Of a stretch of 64,000 bases of DNA, positions 10,351 through 19,606 are shown piece by piece; position 1 is the first letter of the stretch, and every line of letters begins with the position of its first letter. The notes beneath the pieces were generated by a model that did not search any database, was not told the DNA's origin, and saw only the letters and a program-made list of their open reading frames with translations. Location: assembly GCA_934167665.1 (NCBI GenBank), contig CAKPLN010000001.1, positions 341,331 to 405,330 on the forward strand. Direction: 5' to 3'. A program made the position numbers and the translations under genes. The stretch comes from an uncultured Bacilli bacterium (GTDB taxonomy: Bacteria; Bacillota_I; Bacilli_A; RF39; UBA660).

Positions 10351-11485
10351 ACTTTTTCCTCCTTAAACTAACAACTGAAATAAACACTAAAACAACAACA
10401 AATATAATCAAAGATATCATATTATAATTAAATCTACTAATATCTTCATAATATAAAGCATATAAACCATCAGTTATCATTGCTGCTGGATTAATCTTAT
10501 TTATGATTGGAAAATTAGAATCAACCACATATTTTAAGCTAACACCTGTAAGTCCAGCCAGTACAGAACAAGCCATTGATACAGCAATAACAATTCCAAA
10601 CTTTACACCTTCATTTTTATTATTAACAACGCTTATCAATAAACCAAGGGCGATACCAGCTAAAACACCAAGTACAGTAACTACCATTAATCCTAAAACA
10701 TTAGCATATAAATTAACCCCAATTAATTTTAAATAAGCCAGTAATAATAAAACACCAATCATTTGAACTATAAAACTAGAAAGTAAACTAGATAAAATTA
10801 TAACACTCTTTTTAGTAGGAGCCACTTCTACTCTTTTACCTCTAGAAGAAATAGATGCTAAAGAATTACTAATACACGTAAGAGCAATAAATCCACCATA
10901 TAAACAAGTCATCGAAAGTAATGAGTAGTATTCAATTACCGCAATATCAAGTTTTTTTACACTAACATCCTTAGTCTTAACTTGAATATTTTCGATTCTA
11001 TTAATAGCCTCAGTAACAGCTTTATCTATATCAAAAGAGGAAGTCAATTCTTTTTCTATTAAATCATTAAACATAACATTATAAGTATCTATCTCATCAA
11101 CAACTGATTTAATTATAGTTGCTGAAATACCATTAGATTTTACAGTAATATCTGAGCCACCATCATAGTACTTAATATAACCTGTTATTTTATCATCATT
11201 TAATAATTTTAAAGCAACATCATCACTAACATAAGTTATATTAAATACTCTATCCTCACCGCTACTAATAGATTCAAATACTCTTTTTGCTACCTCATTA
11301 TCCTCATAATAAGAGTTTTTTATAATCGCAATATCAATAGATTCAAACTTTTCTGACTCTACCCAATTACCAAAAGCCATATTAAATAGTGTCGCCATAA
11401 GCAAAGGAAATAAAAATGTCCAAAACAATAATCCTTTATTCTTAATCAATGACTTCAATGAATATTTTAAATTATGAAAAAACAT
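10337..11485 (-). CDS. ABC-2 type transporter permease
   Basis: Same topology as the neighbouring permease. Its start is coupled to the stop of the ATPase gene. Confidence 0.6.
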   Translation of the reverse strand: MFFHNLKYSLKSLIKNKGLLFWTFLFPLLMATLFNMAFGNWVESEKFESIDIAIIKNSYYEDNEVAKRVFESISSGEDRVFNITYVSDDVALKLLNDDKITGYIKYYDGGSDITVKSNGISATIIKSVVDEIDTYNVMFNDLIEKELTSSFDIDKAVTEAINRIENIQVKTKDVSVKKLDIAVIEYYSLLSMTCLYGGFIALTCISNSLASISSRGKRVEVAPTKKSVIILSSLLSSFIVQMIGVLLLLAYLKLIGVNLYANVLGLMVVTVLGVLAGIALGLLISVVNNKNEGVKFGIVIAVSMACSVLAGLTGVSLKYVVDSNFPIINKINPAAMITDGLYALYYEDISRFNYNMISLIIFVVVLVFISVVSLRRKKYDSI

Positions 11486-12420
11486 TAATCCCTTAACTCC
11501 TTTCCCGTTAATTCCAAAAATACATCATTTAACGTTGGTCTTTCGGAGTATATTGATAAATATTTAATTTTATTTTCTTTTAAATAATCTATTAGTCTAC
11601 CTAAATTATTTTTACCTCTATCATAAACTATAAATAAAACACCGTTTTCATAAGTCACTTCTTCTACATTTTTATCTTTCTTTATCCACCCTAAATCCTC
11701 TTCCTTAATAGCTGGCACTTCAATAGTAATTTTTTCTTCTATTTTAGCCAGTTTCTTTAATTCATCACAAGTACCTTCAGCAATTATTTTTCCTTTATCA
11801 ATAATAATTACTCTATCACATATCATTTCTACTTCTTCCATGTAATGTGTAGTATAGATTATTGTAGCTCCCTCTTCTTTTAATTTCTTTATTCCATCCA
11901 ATATACTATTTCTACTTTGAGGATCCACTGCTACCGTTGGCTCGTCTAAAAATATAATTTCTGGTTTATGGGCAATACCACAAGCTATGTTTAATCTTCT
12001 AAGTAAACCACCACTTAATTGCTTAGGATAAAACTTTTTAAAATCCCCCAAACCAACTAAGGCAATTGCTTCTTCTACATATTTGCTTCTTAACTCTTTA
12101 TCACTAATATACAAGCCACAAAAATAATCAATATTTTCCATTACTGTTAGCTCATCAAATACAGCTACATCTTGAAAAACAACACCTATTCTTCTTTTTA
12201 TATCATAAGCATTAGGGCTCATTTCCTTACCAAATATATTAATTTTACCCTCATACTTAAGTAAAGCTAAGATTGAATTTATAGTTGTTGTTTTACCACT
12301 ACCGTTAGGTCCTAATAAACCTAAAATCTCACCCTTCGTAACATTAAAAGATAAATTATTAACTGCTGTTATTTCCTTATACTTCTTTGTCAAATTACAA
12401 ACACTTATAACATTTTCCAT
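11485..12420 (-). CDS. ABC transporter ATP-binding protein
   Basis: Walker A GPNGSGKTT, signature LSGGLLRRL, Walker B IIFLDEPT. Confidence 0.9.
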   Translation of the reverse strand: MENVISVCNLTKKYKEITAVNNLSFNVTKGEILGLLGPNGSGKTTTINSILALLKYEGKINIFGKEMSPNAYDIKRRIGVVFQDVAVFDELTVMENIDYFCGLYISDKELRSKYVEEAIALVGLGDFKKFYPKQLSGGLLRRLNIACGIAHKPEIIFLDEPTVAVDPQSRNSILDGIKKLKEEGATIIYTTHYMEEVEMICDRVIIIDKGKIIAEGTCDELKKLAKIEEKITIEVPAIKEEDLGWIKKDKNVEEVTYENGVLFIVYDRGKNNLGRLIDYLKENKIKYLSIYSERPTLNDVFLELTGKELRD

Positions 12421-12621
12421 AAAATATATCTCCTATAAAATAACCTATATATTCATAATGTATACCATACTATTAAATAAATAGCTAATATATCGTTATC
12501 ATATAACATCAATTGTATGATGTCAACGTCATTTGACTATGCCATAAACTACTACCAATAATATATAAAAAAAAGTCCTAATATAATAAGACTTCAATAG
12601 AGAAAAAGTTAATAATTAGGC

Positions 12622-12912
12622 ATTTTTATGAATTAATAGAAAAATTAGTTAAAGATTAAAAAGTCATTATCCACGTTGATATGGATGGAGTAATCGCATC
12701 AACAAACCATACGACTTTGTTAACAAAAGACCCCTACTTACAAATATAAAAACTCTAAATAATATAAACAATTTAGAAAATGTAGAACTACATATATTAT
12801 CAAAAAGGAAAAGAATAAATTGTTCTTATTAATGATGATAATGAAATTTTAAAAACAATTCATAATAATTTAAAGGATGTAATTCTATATCAAGATTCAA
12901 AATTAGTTGACT
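12622..12912 (+). pseudogene. Decayed paralog of the HAD 5'-nucleotidase gene at 18357-18815
   Basis: HFYELIEKLVKD[TAA]KVIIHVDMDGVIAS...INDDNEILKTIHNNLKDVILYQDSKLVD. It is about 80% identical at the nucleotide level to the intact copy. The start codon is lost (AGG) and there are several stops. Confidence 0.6.
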
Positions 12913-12920
12913 AGAAAAAA

Positions 12921-13736
12921 CTATTTTTTAATACTATCAGTACCATCAATTCTAGAATGTGCTAAGACCTCATATAAATTAGAATTTAAACACGTTTTAA
13001 GTACATCGACATCATTTTTCGGCTTATTATCAATTAAATGATCAGAAAGAATATTCGCTAAAGGATAGCGTAACAAATAATTTACAAATCCCACATTTAA
13101 GTCATAATCATAAGTACTTACTAATTTAAGTTTACCCCTATCCAAATCATTAATGTCAATATCCCCAACTGTTCTATATAAATCTTCACAAGATAACTCA
13201 TACGAAACAGCCGAAAGCATTCTAGCTTCAAAATATACTCTATTACTTCTTCTAGTACTAATTAACGTATCAAACTCTTGCCTATCAAGATAGTTTTCTA
13301 ATTGTTTTTCAATATAAAAAGGAAATACTTCACAAAGAAAATCATATTCATGAGGAATAATTGGTGGACTAGATTTTCTATCAATATAATGAGCAAATTC
13401 ATGAGCTAACATAAAAATATCTCCATCATTACCCAAAAGGCGTATAAAGCATTTTTCACCTTCTACATCAAAAAAACTCTTTTTAGCCTCTCCAATAACA
13501 ATATCACCATTATCTATAGCTTCTAAAATCATATCATAATATTTATCACTATAATCTTTATAAAATAAAAGTACAAGATCCAAGGGATTATCTATAGTCT
13601 TTTCATAATCTCTTTTTTGATATTTTCCCTTAAAGCGATCAATTAATTGATAAATAAAATCTTCACTTAAAAATTTAGGAAGATAAGCTTCTTTTTTTAC
13701 TCTATCAACAAATATTTTATAAAAATCCTCTTTCAT
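12921..13736 (-). CDS. HExxH zinc-metallopeptidase-like protein
   Basis: MLAHEFAHYIDRK (HExxH) with a downstream Glu. The family is uncertain; ImmA/IrrE-like or WLM-like are the candidates. Confidence 0.4.
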   Translation of the reverse strand: MKEDFYKIFVDRVKKEAYLPKFLSEDFIYQLIDRFKGKYQKRDYEKTIDNPLDLVLLFYKDYSDKYYDMILEAIDNGDIVIGEAKKSFFDVEGEKCFIRLLGNDGDIFMLAHEFAHYIDRKSSPPIIPHEYDFLCEVFPFYIEKQLENYLDRQEFDTLISTRRSNRVYFEARMLSAVSYELSCEDLYRTVGDIDINDLDRGKLKLVSTYDYDLNVGFVNYLLRYPLANILSDHLIDNKPKNDVDVLKTCLNSNLYEVLAHSRIDGTDSIKK

Positions 13737-14047
13737 ATTACACTCCTAAGCAAAATTACAACCTCATTATAGCACAAGTCTAATAATCTATTTTACTTTT
13801 AAAACAAATTATTACACCAATAATTAATGCCATTATTCCTACAAGAATCCCTACATTATATAAAGAAGCTATTATAAATAGCATAAGAATCAGTAAAAAA
13901 AACAAAACTAATTTTATACAAAAAAACTAATCAATAAAAAAAAGAAACTCTAATATACTAAAGTTTCTTACAAAATTATCATAAAATTTTTTGATTACTA
14001 TTCATTTGATTATAGCTTGTACCACTAACATTATGGCTATAAATTGA

Positions 14048-14842
14048 TTAATTTTGTACACTACTATTATCACTAATCGATTGAGAATTTTGTTGGTAAT
14101 AATCTTGAGGCAAATTACCATTAATACGATTAATCTCAAAATCAATAAAATAATTTTCAGGGTTATTTTCATCAATTAATAAATCTACCATACCATCCGA
14201 ATCAAAAGTTTTCCGATCATATCTTGCATCACCATACAAGGTTACGTTAACTCCACTAGGTAATACATATTCAACAACAGGTCTTTGAATTTCAACTCCA
14301 TTTATAGCTGTTCCAGTATCTTCTAAACGATAAGGTAAATTTTTAATTAATTTTCCAGTTTGATTTAATTTTAATATTTCTTTTATTCTTTTGTTTGCTT
14401 TCATAATGTTTACAACTGCAATAACAATAGAAAAAATTGGTATTACCATAAATAGTAAGATTTTATTATCAGATGTAGAATACTCTACCACACAATTAGC
14501 AGGATTATCCAGATCATAATAAACAGTTTTATTACTATTACCGGGATTTCTACTTGATGAAAAATAAGATGGGCATACATAGCTTTCTCCATCATACTTA
14601 TATAAATAAACCGGTGAATACATAGTAGTTCCATCATCACTTTTATATGTTCTAACTTCAACATGCGTTGATGTTACACTTGAGTCTGAACTTTTTGGCA
14701 TAATAGTATTCGACACATATACCCGCCACATTAGAATCGTAAAGATTACCCCAATAAGAAAAAATATATAAAAAAATCTTCTACCTTTCGCTACATTCTT
14801 TACATTAATGTCATACATATAGCACACTACTCTACTATTCAA
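14048..14842 (-). CDS. Membrane protein, DUF3592-like topology (TM, beta-rich domain, TM, C-terminal domain)
   Basis: Only the hydropathy pattern and domain order support this; there is no sequence motif. Confidence 0.3.
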   Translation of the reverse strand: MNSRVVCYMYDINVKNVAKGRRFFYIFFLIGVIFTILMWRVYVSNTIMPKSSDSSVTSTHVEVRTYKSDDGTTMYSPVYLYKYDGESYVCPSYFSSSRNPGNSNKTVYYDLDNPANCVVEYSTSDNKILLFMVIPIFSIVIAVVNIMKANKRIKEILKLNQTGKLIKNLPYRLEDTGTAINGVEIQRPVVEYVLPSGVNVTLYGDARYDRKTFDSDGMVDLLIDENNPENYFIDFEINRINGNLPQDYYQQNSQSISDNSSVQN

Positions 14843-15028
14843 TGATATATTACAAATATATTATTGTCAATGTCATATAAACAAGCTAAAAGTATATCCA
14901 TCATAAAATAACTACATAAAAAATAGCACTAATCAAAACATAGATTAAGTGCTTTATCATACTCTTTATTTTATATCAATTTCCCTAACATACCCGTTAA
15001 AATATGTCAAAAATTATTCAATCATTTT

Positions 15029-15622
15029 TTATTTGTTAAGAGTCTTTTTATAAATTTCAATTAAATCAGGGTCATTTTGGTTTTGCGGTAAATTATCCAA
15101 GTCAAAAAATCGCATTTCCTTAGATTCACTGTCCCACTTCAATTCACCAGAATAATTTCTAATACAATATAAAACCGTATTATTTATAACAACATCACCA
15201 TTAGGATATTCATTTCTTCTACTGGCACCAGAAATAATATCTATTAATTCTAAATCATCCTCATTAATATCCAAGTTAGTTTCTTCTTTTACTTCTCTAA
15301 TAATAGTATCTTGAAATCTTTCTCCTAACTCTTGGCACCCACCAGGCAATCCCCACTTATTTCTATCAGCCCTACTTTGCAATAAAATCTGTCCCTGTTT
15401 ATTTACTATTATAGCAGCCGCACCATCTTGTAATAAAACAAACTTATGTCTTAACTTATCCATACAAAGTCTTGTAAAAACAGGATACCCAATTATATTA
15501 CTAAGTTCAATTATCTCATCAGGTGTCAGTTTACTAATAGCATTAACTAATACATCATAAGATAAATTTCTCTGTTCTTGAACAGACATATTTCTAATTT
15601 CAGTTAATATTTTATTTTCCAT
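15029..15622 (-). CDS. NUDIX hydrolase
   Basis: Nudix box GLPGGCQELGERFQDTIIREVKEETNL. Confidence 0.8.
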   Translation of the reverse strand: MENKILTEIRNMSVQEQRNLSYDVLVNAISKLTPDEIIELSNIIGYPVFTRLCMDKLRHKFVLLQDGAAAIIVNKQGQILLQSRADRNKWGLPGGCQELGERFQDTIIREVKEETNLDINEDDLELIDIISGASRRNEYPNGDVVINNTVLYCIRNYSGELKWDSESKEMRFFDLDNLPQNQNDPDLIEIYKKTLNK

Positions 15623-16164
15623 TAAGTCTAACTCCTTTAAATTAATAAAATTATACCATATATCAATCGTTTTCTAAAGAACTATCTATCTGAAAAAAAT
15701 ATAAAAAGAATATGATAAAATGAATAATATAAGGAGATGTTAATATAAGTAAGGAAAAATCTTTTTATATTGATAAGCCTTTATTACAAAGAATAGTTTT
15801 ATTTTTAACTGGTTTTAGTAATTTTCTAATAGGTTATGCCCCATATTTTATATTTAAAGATGATAAATCAAAAGACTATCAAATAGAGTTTGTTTAAAAA
15901 GGTGCAGCTTTTGGTTTAGCATTTACCATAATTGGACTATTCCTTGGTTTAATTTCATCAATTTTATAAAATTAAATTAATCAATCACAAAAAATCTCGT
16001 TTAACTTATAAAAAGAAATGAGGTTTTTTTAATATTTTAAATAAACAAAATGATATAATAGAAACTGAAAGACAAATAGTAATTTGTAATTTAGTTCTCT
16101 CTTAATAGATTTGTATTAATAATTAAGAGGATAAAAAAATAATATTTTGTGTTAAATAGTAAAG

Positions 16165-16195
16165 TTGTTTACATTTTTAAAATGTAAAATATATT
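16165..16195 (+). promoter_or_regulatory. Promoter with an overlapping 20 bp palindrome (TTTACATTTT-AAAATGTAAA), a likely autoregulatory operator of the XRE gene
   Basis: TTGTTTACATTTTTAAAATGTAAAATATAT lies upstream of 16250. The palindrome arms are a perfect 10/10 match. Confidence 0.45.
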
Positions 16196-16249
16196 TGATA
16201 GTAAAATAATAATAAAAAATGTATAGTTTTTTGTGAGAGGAGAAAGATT

Positions 16250-16657
16250 ATGGATTTAGGCAAAAAAATTATTGAAATGAGAAAAAAAGCAAAACTTTCA
16301 CAAGAACAACTTGCAGAAAAACTAGATGTTACCAGACAAACTATATCTAATTGGGAAAATGGCAAATTTTATCCTGATATTGATGCATTAGTTAAAATTA
16401 GTAAATGTTTTAATATTTCGTTAGATGACTTACTAAGTTACGATAATAAAGTTTTGCAATATTTAAAAGATAGCACAGATGTTGTAAAAAGTAATAAGAA
16501 ATTGCTTTATGCGATTTTATTAAATATTCTAATTATTATTCTATTTATAATAATAGGAATAACTGCAAATGAAAGTATTTCAATTATAGTAATAGTATTT
16601 ACTATTTCTATTATTAGTTTTTCTTATTTATTTTATCAAATCATAAAAAAAATATAG
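16250..16657 (+). CDS. Membrane-tethered XRE-family regulator (HTH plus 2 C-terminal TM)
   Basis: HTH_XRE (LSQEQLAEKLDVTRQTISNWENG) followed by a hydrophobic C-terminus. Confidence 0.7.
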   Translation: MDLGKKIIEMRKKAKLSQEQLAEKLDVTRQTISNWENGKFYPDIDALVKISKCFNISLDDLLSYDNKVLQYLKDSTDVVKSNKKLLYAILLNILIIILFIIIGITANESISIIVIVFTISIISFSYLFYQIIKKI

Positions 16658-16666
16658 GAGGAAATT

Positions 16667-16990
16667 ATGAATTATATTTTATTAGCAATATTTATAGCAA
16701 TATATCTAATAGGTTTAGTTGCTACAATTTATCAAGTTTATAAAATAACTGTTATAGATTCAAAAGCAAGAGGAATTAGCCATCCAAAATTAATGGGATT
16801 ACTAGCAACCAGTGGTAAAAGTTCAGAAGGAATTATTCTTTATCTATTGCATAGAAGAAAATATCCAATAAAAAATATTTCGAAAGAAGAACAAAATGAA
16901 ATAGAAAGAAGAAAGAAAATTGTATTAGTAGGAATTATATTTATGATTATTGGTGCAATTGGATTTGTATTCTTTATAGTAAAAATATAA
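16667..16990 (+). CDS. Small 2-TM membrane protein, PLDc_N-like (putative)
   Basis: Strong ribosome-binding site AGGAGG 8 nt upstream of the start, 9 nt after the XRE stop. The loop HPKLMGLLATSGKSSEGIILYLLHRRKY resembles the PLDc_N motif. Confidence 0.35.
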   Translation: MNYILLAIFIAIYLIGLVATIYQVYKITVIDSKARGISHPKLMGLLATSGKSSEGIILYLLHRRKYPIKNISKEEQNEIERRKKIVLVGIIFMIIGAIGFVFFIVKI

Positions 16991-17025
16991 TCATATATAA
17001 TATTAAAAAATTGCAATTAATCGTC

Positions 17026-17055
17026 GAGATCAACTTTAATAGTTGGTCTTTTTTA
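17026..17055 (+). terminator. Rho-independent terminator of the XRE operon
   Basis: AGATCAAC-N7-GTTGGTCT followed by TTTTTT. Confidence 0.5.
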
Positions 17056-17109
17056 CTTTTTATAAATAGGATGATTTTATATATAAATATTAATATATGT
17101 AAAAAAGCA

Positions 17110-17217
17110 GAATAAGAAACTTGTGCAACTACACTAAACTTTTCCTTATTTCATAAGGGTTTAGTGTTACACAAGACTGATTTCGTACCGTTGACGTAGA
17201 GGTCTACGACTTTTTTT
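17110..17217 (+). ncRNA. Candidate small RNA: long imperfect hairpin (17120-17175) followed by an intrinsic terminator (17195-17217)
   Basis: CTTGTGCAACTACACTAAAC ... GTTTAGTGTTACACAAG inverted repeat, then ACGTAGAGGTCTACG plus T7. No ORF in the segment. An AT-rich stretch that could hold a -10 lies upstream. Confidence 0.25.
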
Positions 17218-17325
17218 CGGCAATAACAATTCATATGAATCAATCTATATAAATATTATCATAAAAAATTAAAGACTTTTATAAAAATTTATTGTATAAT
17301 TATAATTGAAAGGAGTAAGCTTAAT

Positions 17326-17559
17326 ATGGAAAAAGATAATAATAATGTAGTAAGATTTTTGTTAACATTCTTTTTAGGATGGATTGGTAGTATAATTATT
17401 AATCATACTAATTTAAAACCTGCAGGATATAGAAGTAGAACTGCAGCATATTTTTTCCTTACAATTGTTACTTTTGGAATTTATGGTCTTGTTGCTAGTA
17501 TTTGCAACTTAACATTTGATCCAAACAAATCTAGTAACATTGGATATGTTAAGGAATAA
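17326..17559 (+). CDS. TM2-domain-like small membrane protein
   Basis: Strong ribosome-binding site AGGAG. VRFLLTFFLGWIGSIIINHTNL...YFFLTIVTFGIYGLVASI resembles the TM2 domain. Confidence 0.4.
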   Translation: MEKDNNNVVRFLLTFFLGWIGSIIINHTNLKPAGYRSRTAAYFFLTIVTFGIYGLVASICNLTFDPNKSSNIGYVKE

Positions 17560-17573
17560 TCTTATATTTAACT

Positions 17574-17598
17574 ATGAGGATATTATTCCTCTTTTTTT
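17574..17598. terminator. Bidirectional terminator
   Basis: GAGGA-TATTATT-CCTC followed by T7. Confidence 0.5.
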
Positions 17599-17602
17599 AT
17601 AA

Positions 17603-18249
17603 TTAAAAATCATCGTCTTTTGATTTAGAATCTCTATCTATTTCTGCAGATCTATTTTTAGTTTCTAATATACCTCTTATTTGTTCTTCATCTAAAATAT
17701 TCTTACCATATAATTCATAAGCAACTGGATAATATTTATCACGTTTTTCTTTATTACCCCACATTTTATCTACAAAGAAGTGATATAGATTGTTAATTTT
17801 ATTTTTATATTTTATAGATATTGTTAATCGTTACCAATAACTTTTATATTTATCTTCATAAATGTTATTATGTAAAGAAAAATCTGAATACATTCTACCT
17901 GAAATACCGCTACCACTTAAATAAACTTCAAAGGAAATGTTTTACCAATAAATTGTTTACCAAAATCATAATAATATGGTGTAGGTATTCCACTACCAGA
18001 TGTTGATTTTCCAAACACTCTTAAAATATCTTCATCTGTTAATTCTTTTTCTAAAATTATTTTTGTATTTCCAAATTTTCGTTTTGAATACAACATCTCA
18101 AAAATGTCTAAAATACTAGATTTTCCAATATTATTTTTTCCTATAATTACATTTATAGGTTTTATATTATTTATACATCCAGATTTAAAACATTTATAAT
18201 CTTCAAATTTAATACATTTTATATCCATACTAAACGCTCCTTCCAACAA
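17603..18249 (-). pseudogene. Remnant of an AAA/OLD-like (AAA_21-type) ATPase
   Basis: Intact N-terminal 110 aa with Walker A (IGKNNIGKSSILD) and the typical first strand (MDIKCIKFEDYKCF). It then continues in two other frames to 17603 with stops. There is no Walker B or nuclease part. Confidence 0.5.
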
Positions 18250-18356
18250 ATTTTTTAAGTATTATAACTTTATTTTGCCGTTTGTTTATTCATAATAATT
18301 CATTATTTTTATGTTATAATTAATATAGTTTTAGTTCTTAAGGAAAGAGGTACTAT

Positions 18357-18815
18357 ATGCATTTTTATGAATTAATTAAAAAATTAACTGAAGATAAAAA
18401 AACAATTATCTATGTTGATATGGACGGTGTAATTGCTTCTTATGATTTTGGAAAGCCACTTGATTTTAAAAATAAAAGACCTTTAACTACAAATATTAAA
18501 ACATTAAGTAAATTAAGCAATCTAAAAAATGTTGAACTACATATATTATCAGTTTGTAGATTTAATAATGAGGTAAATGAAAAAAATGAATGGTTAAATA
18601 AATATGCCCCATTTTTTGAAAAAGATAAAAGGACTATTATTCCAAAAGAAAGTTATCCGCATTATTCATCAAAAGAATTAAAATTAAATTATTTAAAATC
18701 ATTAAAAAATGATGAACAAATTATTTTTATTGATGATGACAATGAAGTTTTGAGAACTGTTCGTAATGGTTTGAAAAACATAATGTTATATCAAGATTCT
18801 GAATTAATAGATTAG
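18357..18815 (+). CDS. HAD-superfamily 5'(3')-deoxyribonucleotidase-like protein
   Basis: HAD motif I (IIYVDMDGVIAS) and a C-terminal FIDDD motif, an NT5C-like pattern. Confidence 0.55.
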   Translation: MHFYELIKKLTEDKKTIIYVDMDGVIASYDFGKPLDFKNKRPLTTNIKTLSKLSNLKNVELHILSVCRFNNEVNEKNEWLNKYAPFFEKDKRTIIPKESYPHYSSKELKLNYLKSLKNDEQIIFIDDDNEVLRTVRNGLKNIMLYQDSELID

Positions 18816-18830
18816 AAGAGAGAAATATAT

Positions 18831-19289
18831 ATGTTAAGTTATGAAGGAATATTTTTTGAAGCAGATATGGTTGATTTGATACATTCTTTAGAATCAGAAA
18901 AATTAGCCAGAGTTAATGATGAAATACATTGTACTTTTAAATATCATCCAACAACTGATGAAATTTTCAATGATATAGTTGGAAGAACATTTGAAGTATA
19001 TTTAATAGGTTATGGTAATGATGGGCAAAACAGTGGATTTGAAATATTATTTCCAGATGAATTAAAAGATTATTATATAAATTATGATGAACAAAATCCT
19101 ACAGTCTTAAAGACACCTCATATTACTGCATCACTAGCTGAAGGAGCAAAAGCATCAAATACAAAAAATCTTAATTTTAAACCCTTAGAAAAACCTGTTA
19201 AGTTAGTAGGAAGATTTGGTTATTGGATTAAAGGTGAGAATGAAGAATACTTATCTTATGAACCATATTCTAAAGGTAAAACAAGATAA
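18831..19289 (+). CDS. 2H phosphoesterase superfamily-like protein (LigT/YjcG-like), putative
   Basis: Two H-x-T-x motifs (HCTF near residue 33, HITA near residue 97) in a protein of about 150 aa. It is co-transcribed with the HAD gene (16 nt gap). Confidence 0.35.
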   Translation: MLSYEGIFFEADMVDLIHSLESEKLARVNDEIHCTFKYHPTTDEIFNDIVGRTFEVYLIGYGNDGQNSGFEILFPDELKDYYINYDEQNPTVLKTPHITASLAEGAKASNTKNLNFKPLEKPVKLVGRFGYWIKGENEEYLSYEPYSKGKTR

Positions 19290-19365
19290 TATTTTAATAC
19301 ACACGCTAATTGATTATGTCAATTTGCAAGTGCGTTTCTAAATTATCAAAATTTAGTATAAACAA

Positions 19366-19400
19366 AGAATACGACTAAGCAAAGTAGTCGTATTCTTTTT
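19366..19400. terminator. Strong rho-independent terminator (12 bp stem) after the HAD-2H operon
   Basis: AGAATACGACTA-agcaaag-TAGTCGTATTCT followed by TTTTT. Confidence 0.7.
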
Positions 19401-19606
19401 CTAGTATTTCTTCTTTAGACATATCTTTAAGAAATCTAAATCACTTATAAATATCATTTCATCTGCTACACAACTCTTAGAATCATCTACCATTTGATCA
19501 AATTCTCTATATCTATCTTGTCTAATAGTTTCCATTTTTTCGTCGTGTTCTTTTTTATATTCTTTAGTAATTTCATAAAACTTTTTCTATATTCAATATT
19601 TAATAA

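Noticed and set aside
13780-13884. 34 aa hydrophobic ORF (MLFIIASLYNVGILVGIMALIIGVIICFKSKIDY) between two minus-strand genes, a possible type I toxin-like peptide
   Set aside because: There is no Shine-Dalgarno sequence or promoter. AT-rich DNA produces hydrophobic short ORFs by chance (TTT, ATT and GTT codons). This cannot be supported without expression data.
12505-14895. Shared motif TGTCAAYGTCAT upstream of the ABC operon (12513-12533) and upstream of 14048-14842 (14870-14890), a possible common regulator site
   Set aside because: Only about 13 of 16 positions match. The motif resembles generic -35-like TTGACA-rich promoter sequence and is not distinctive enough.
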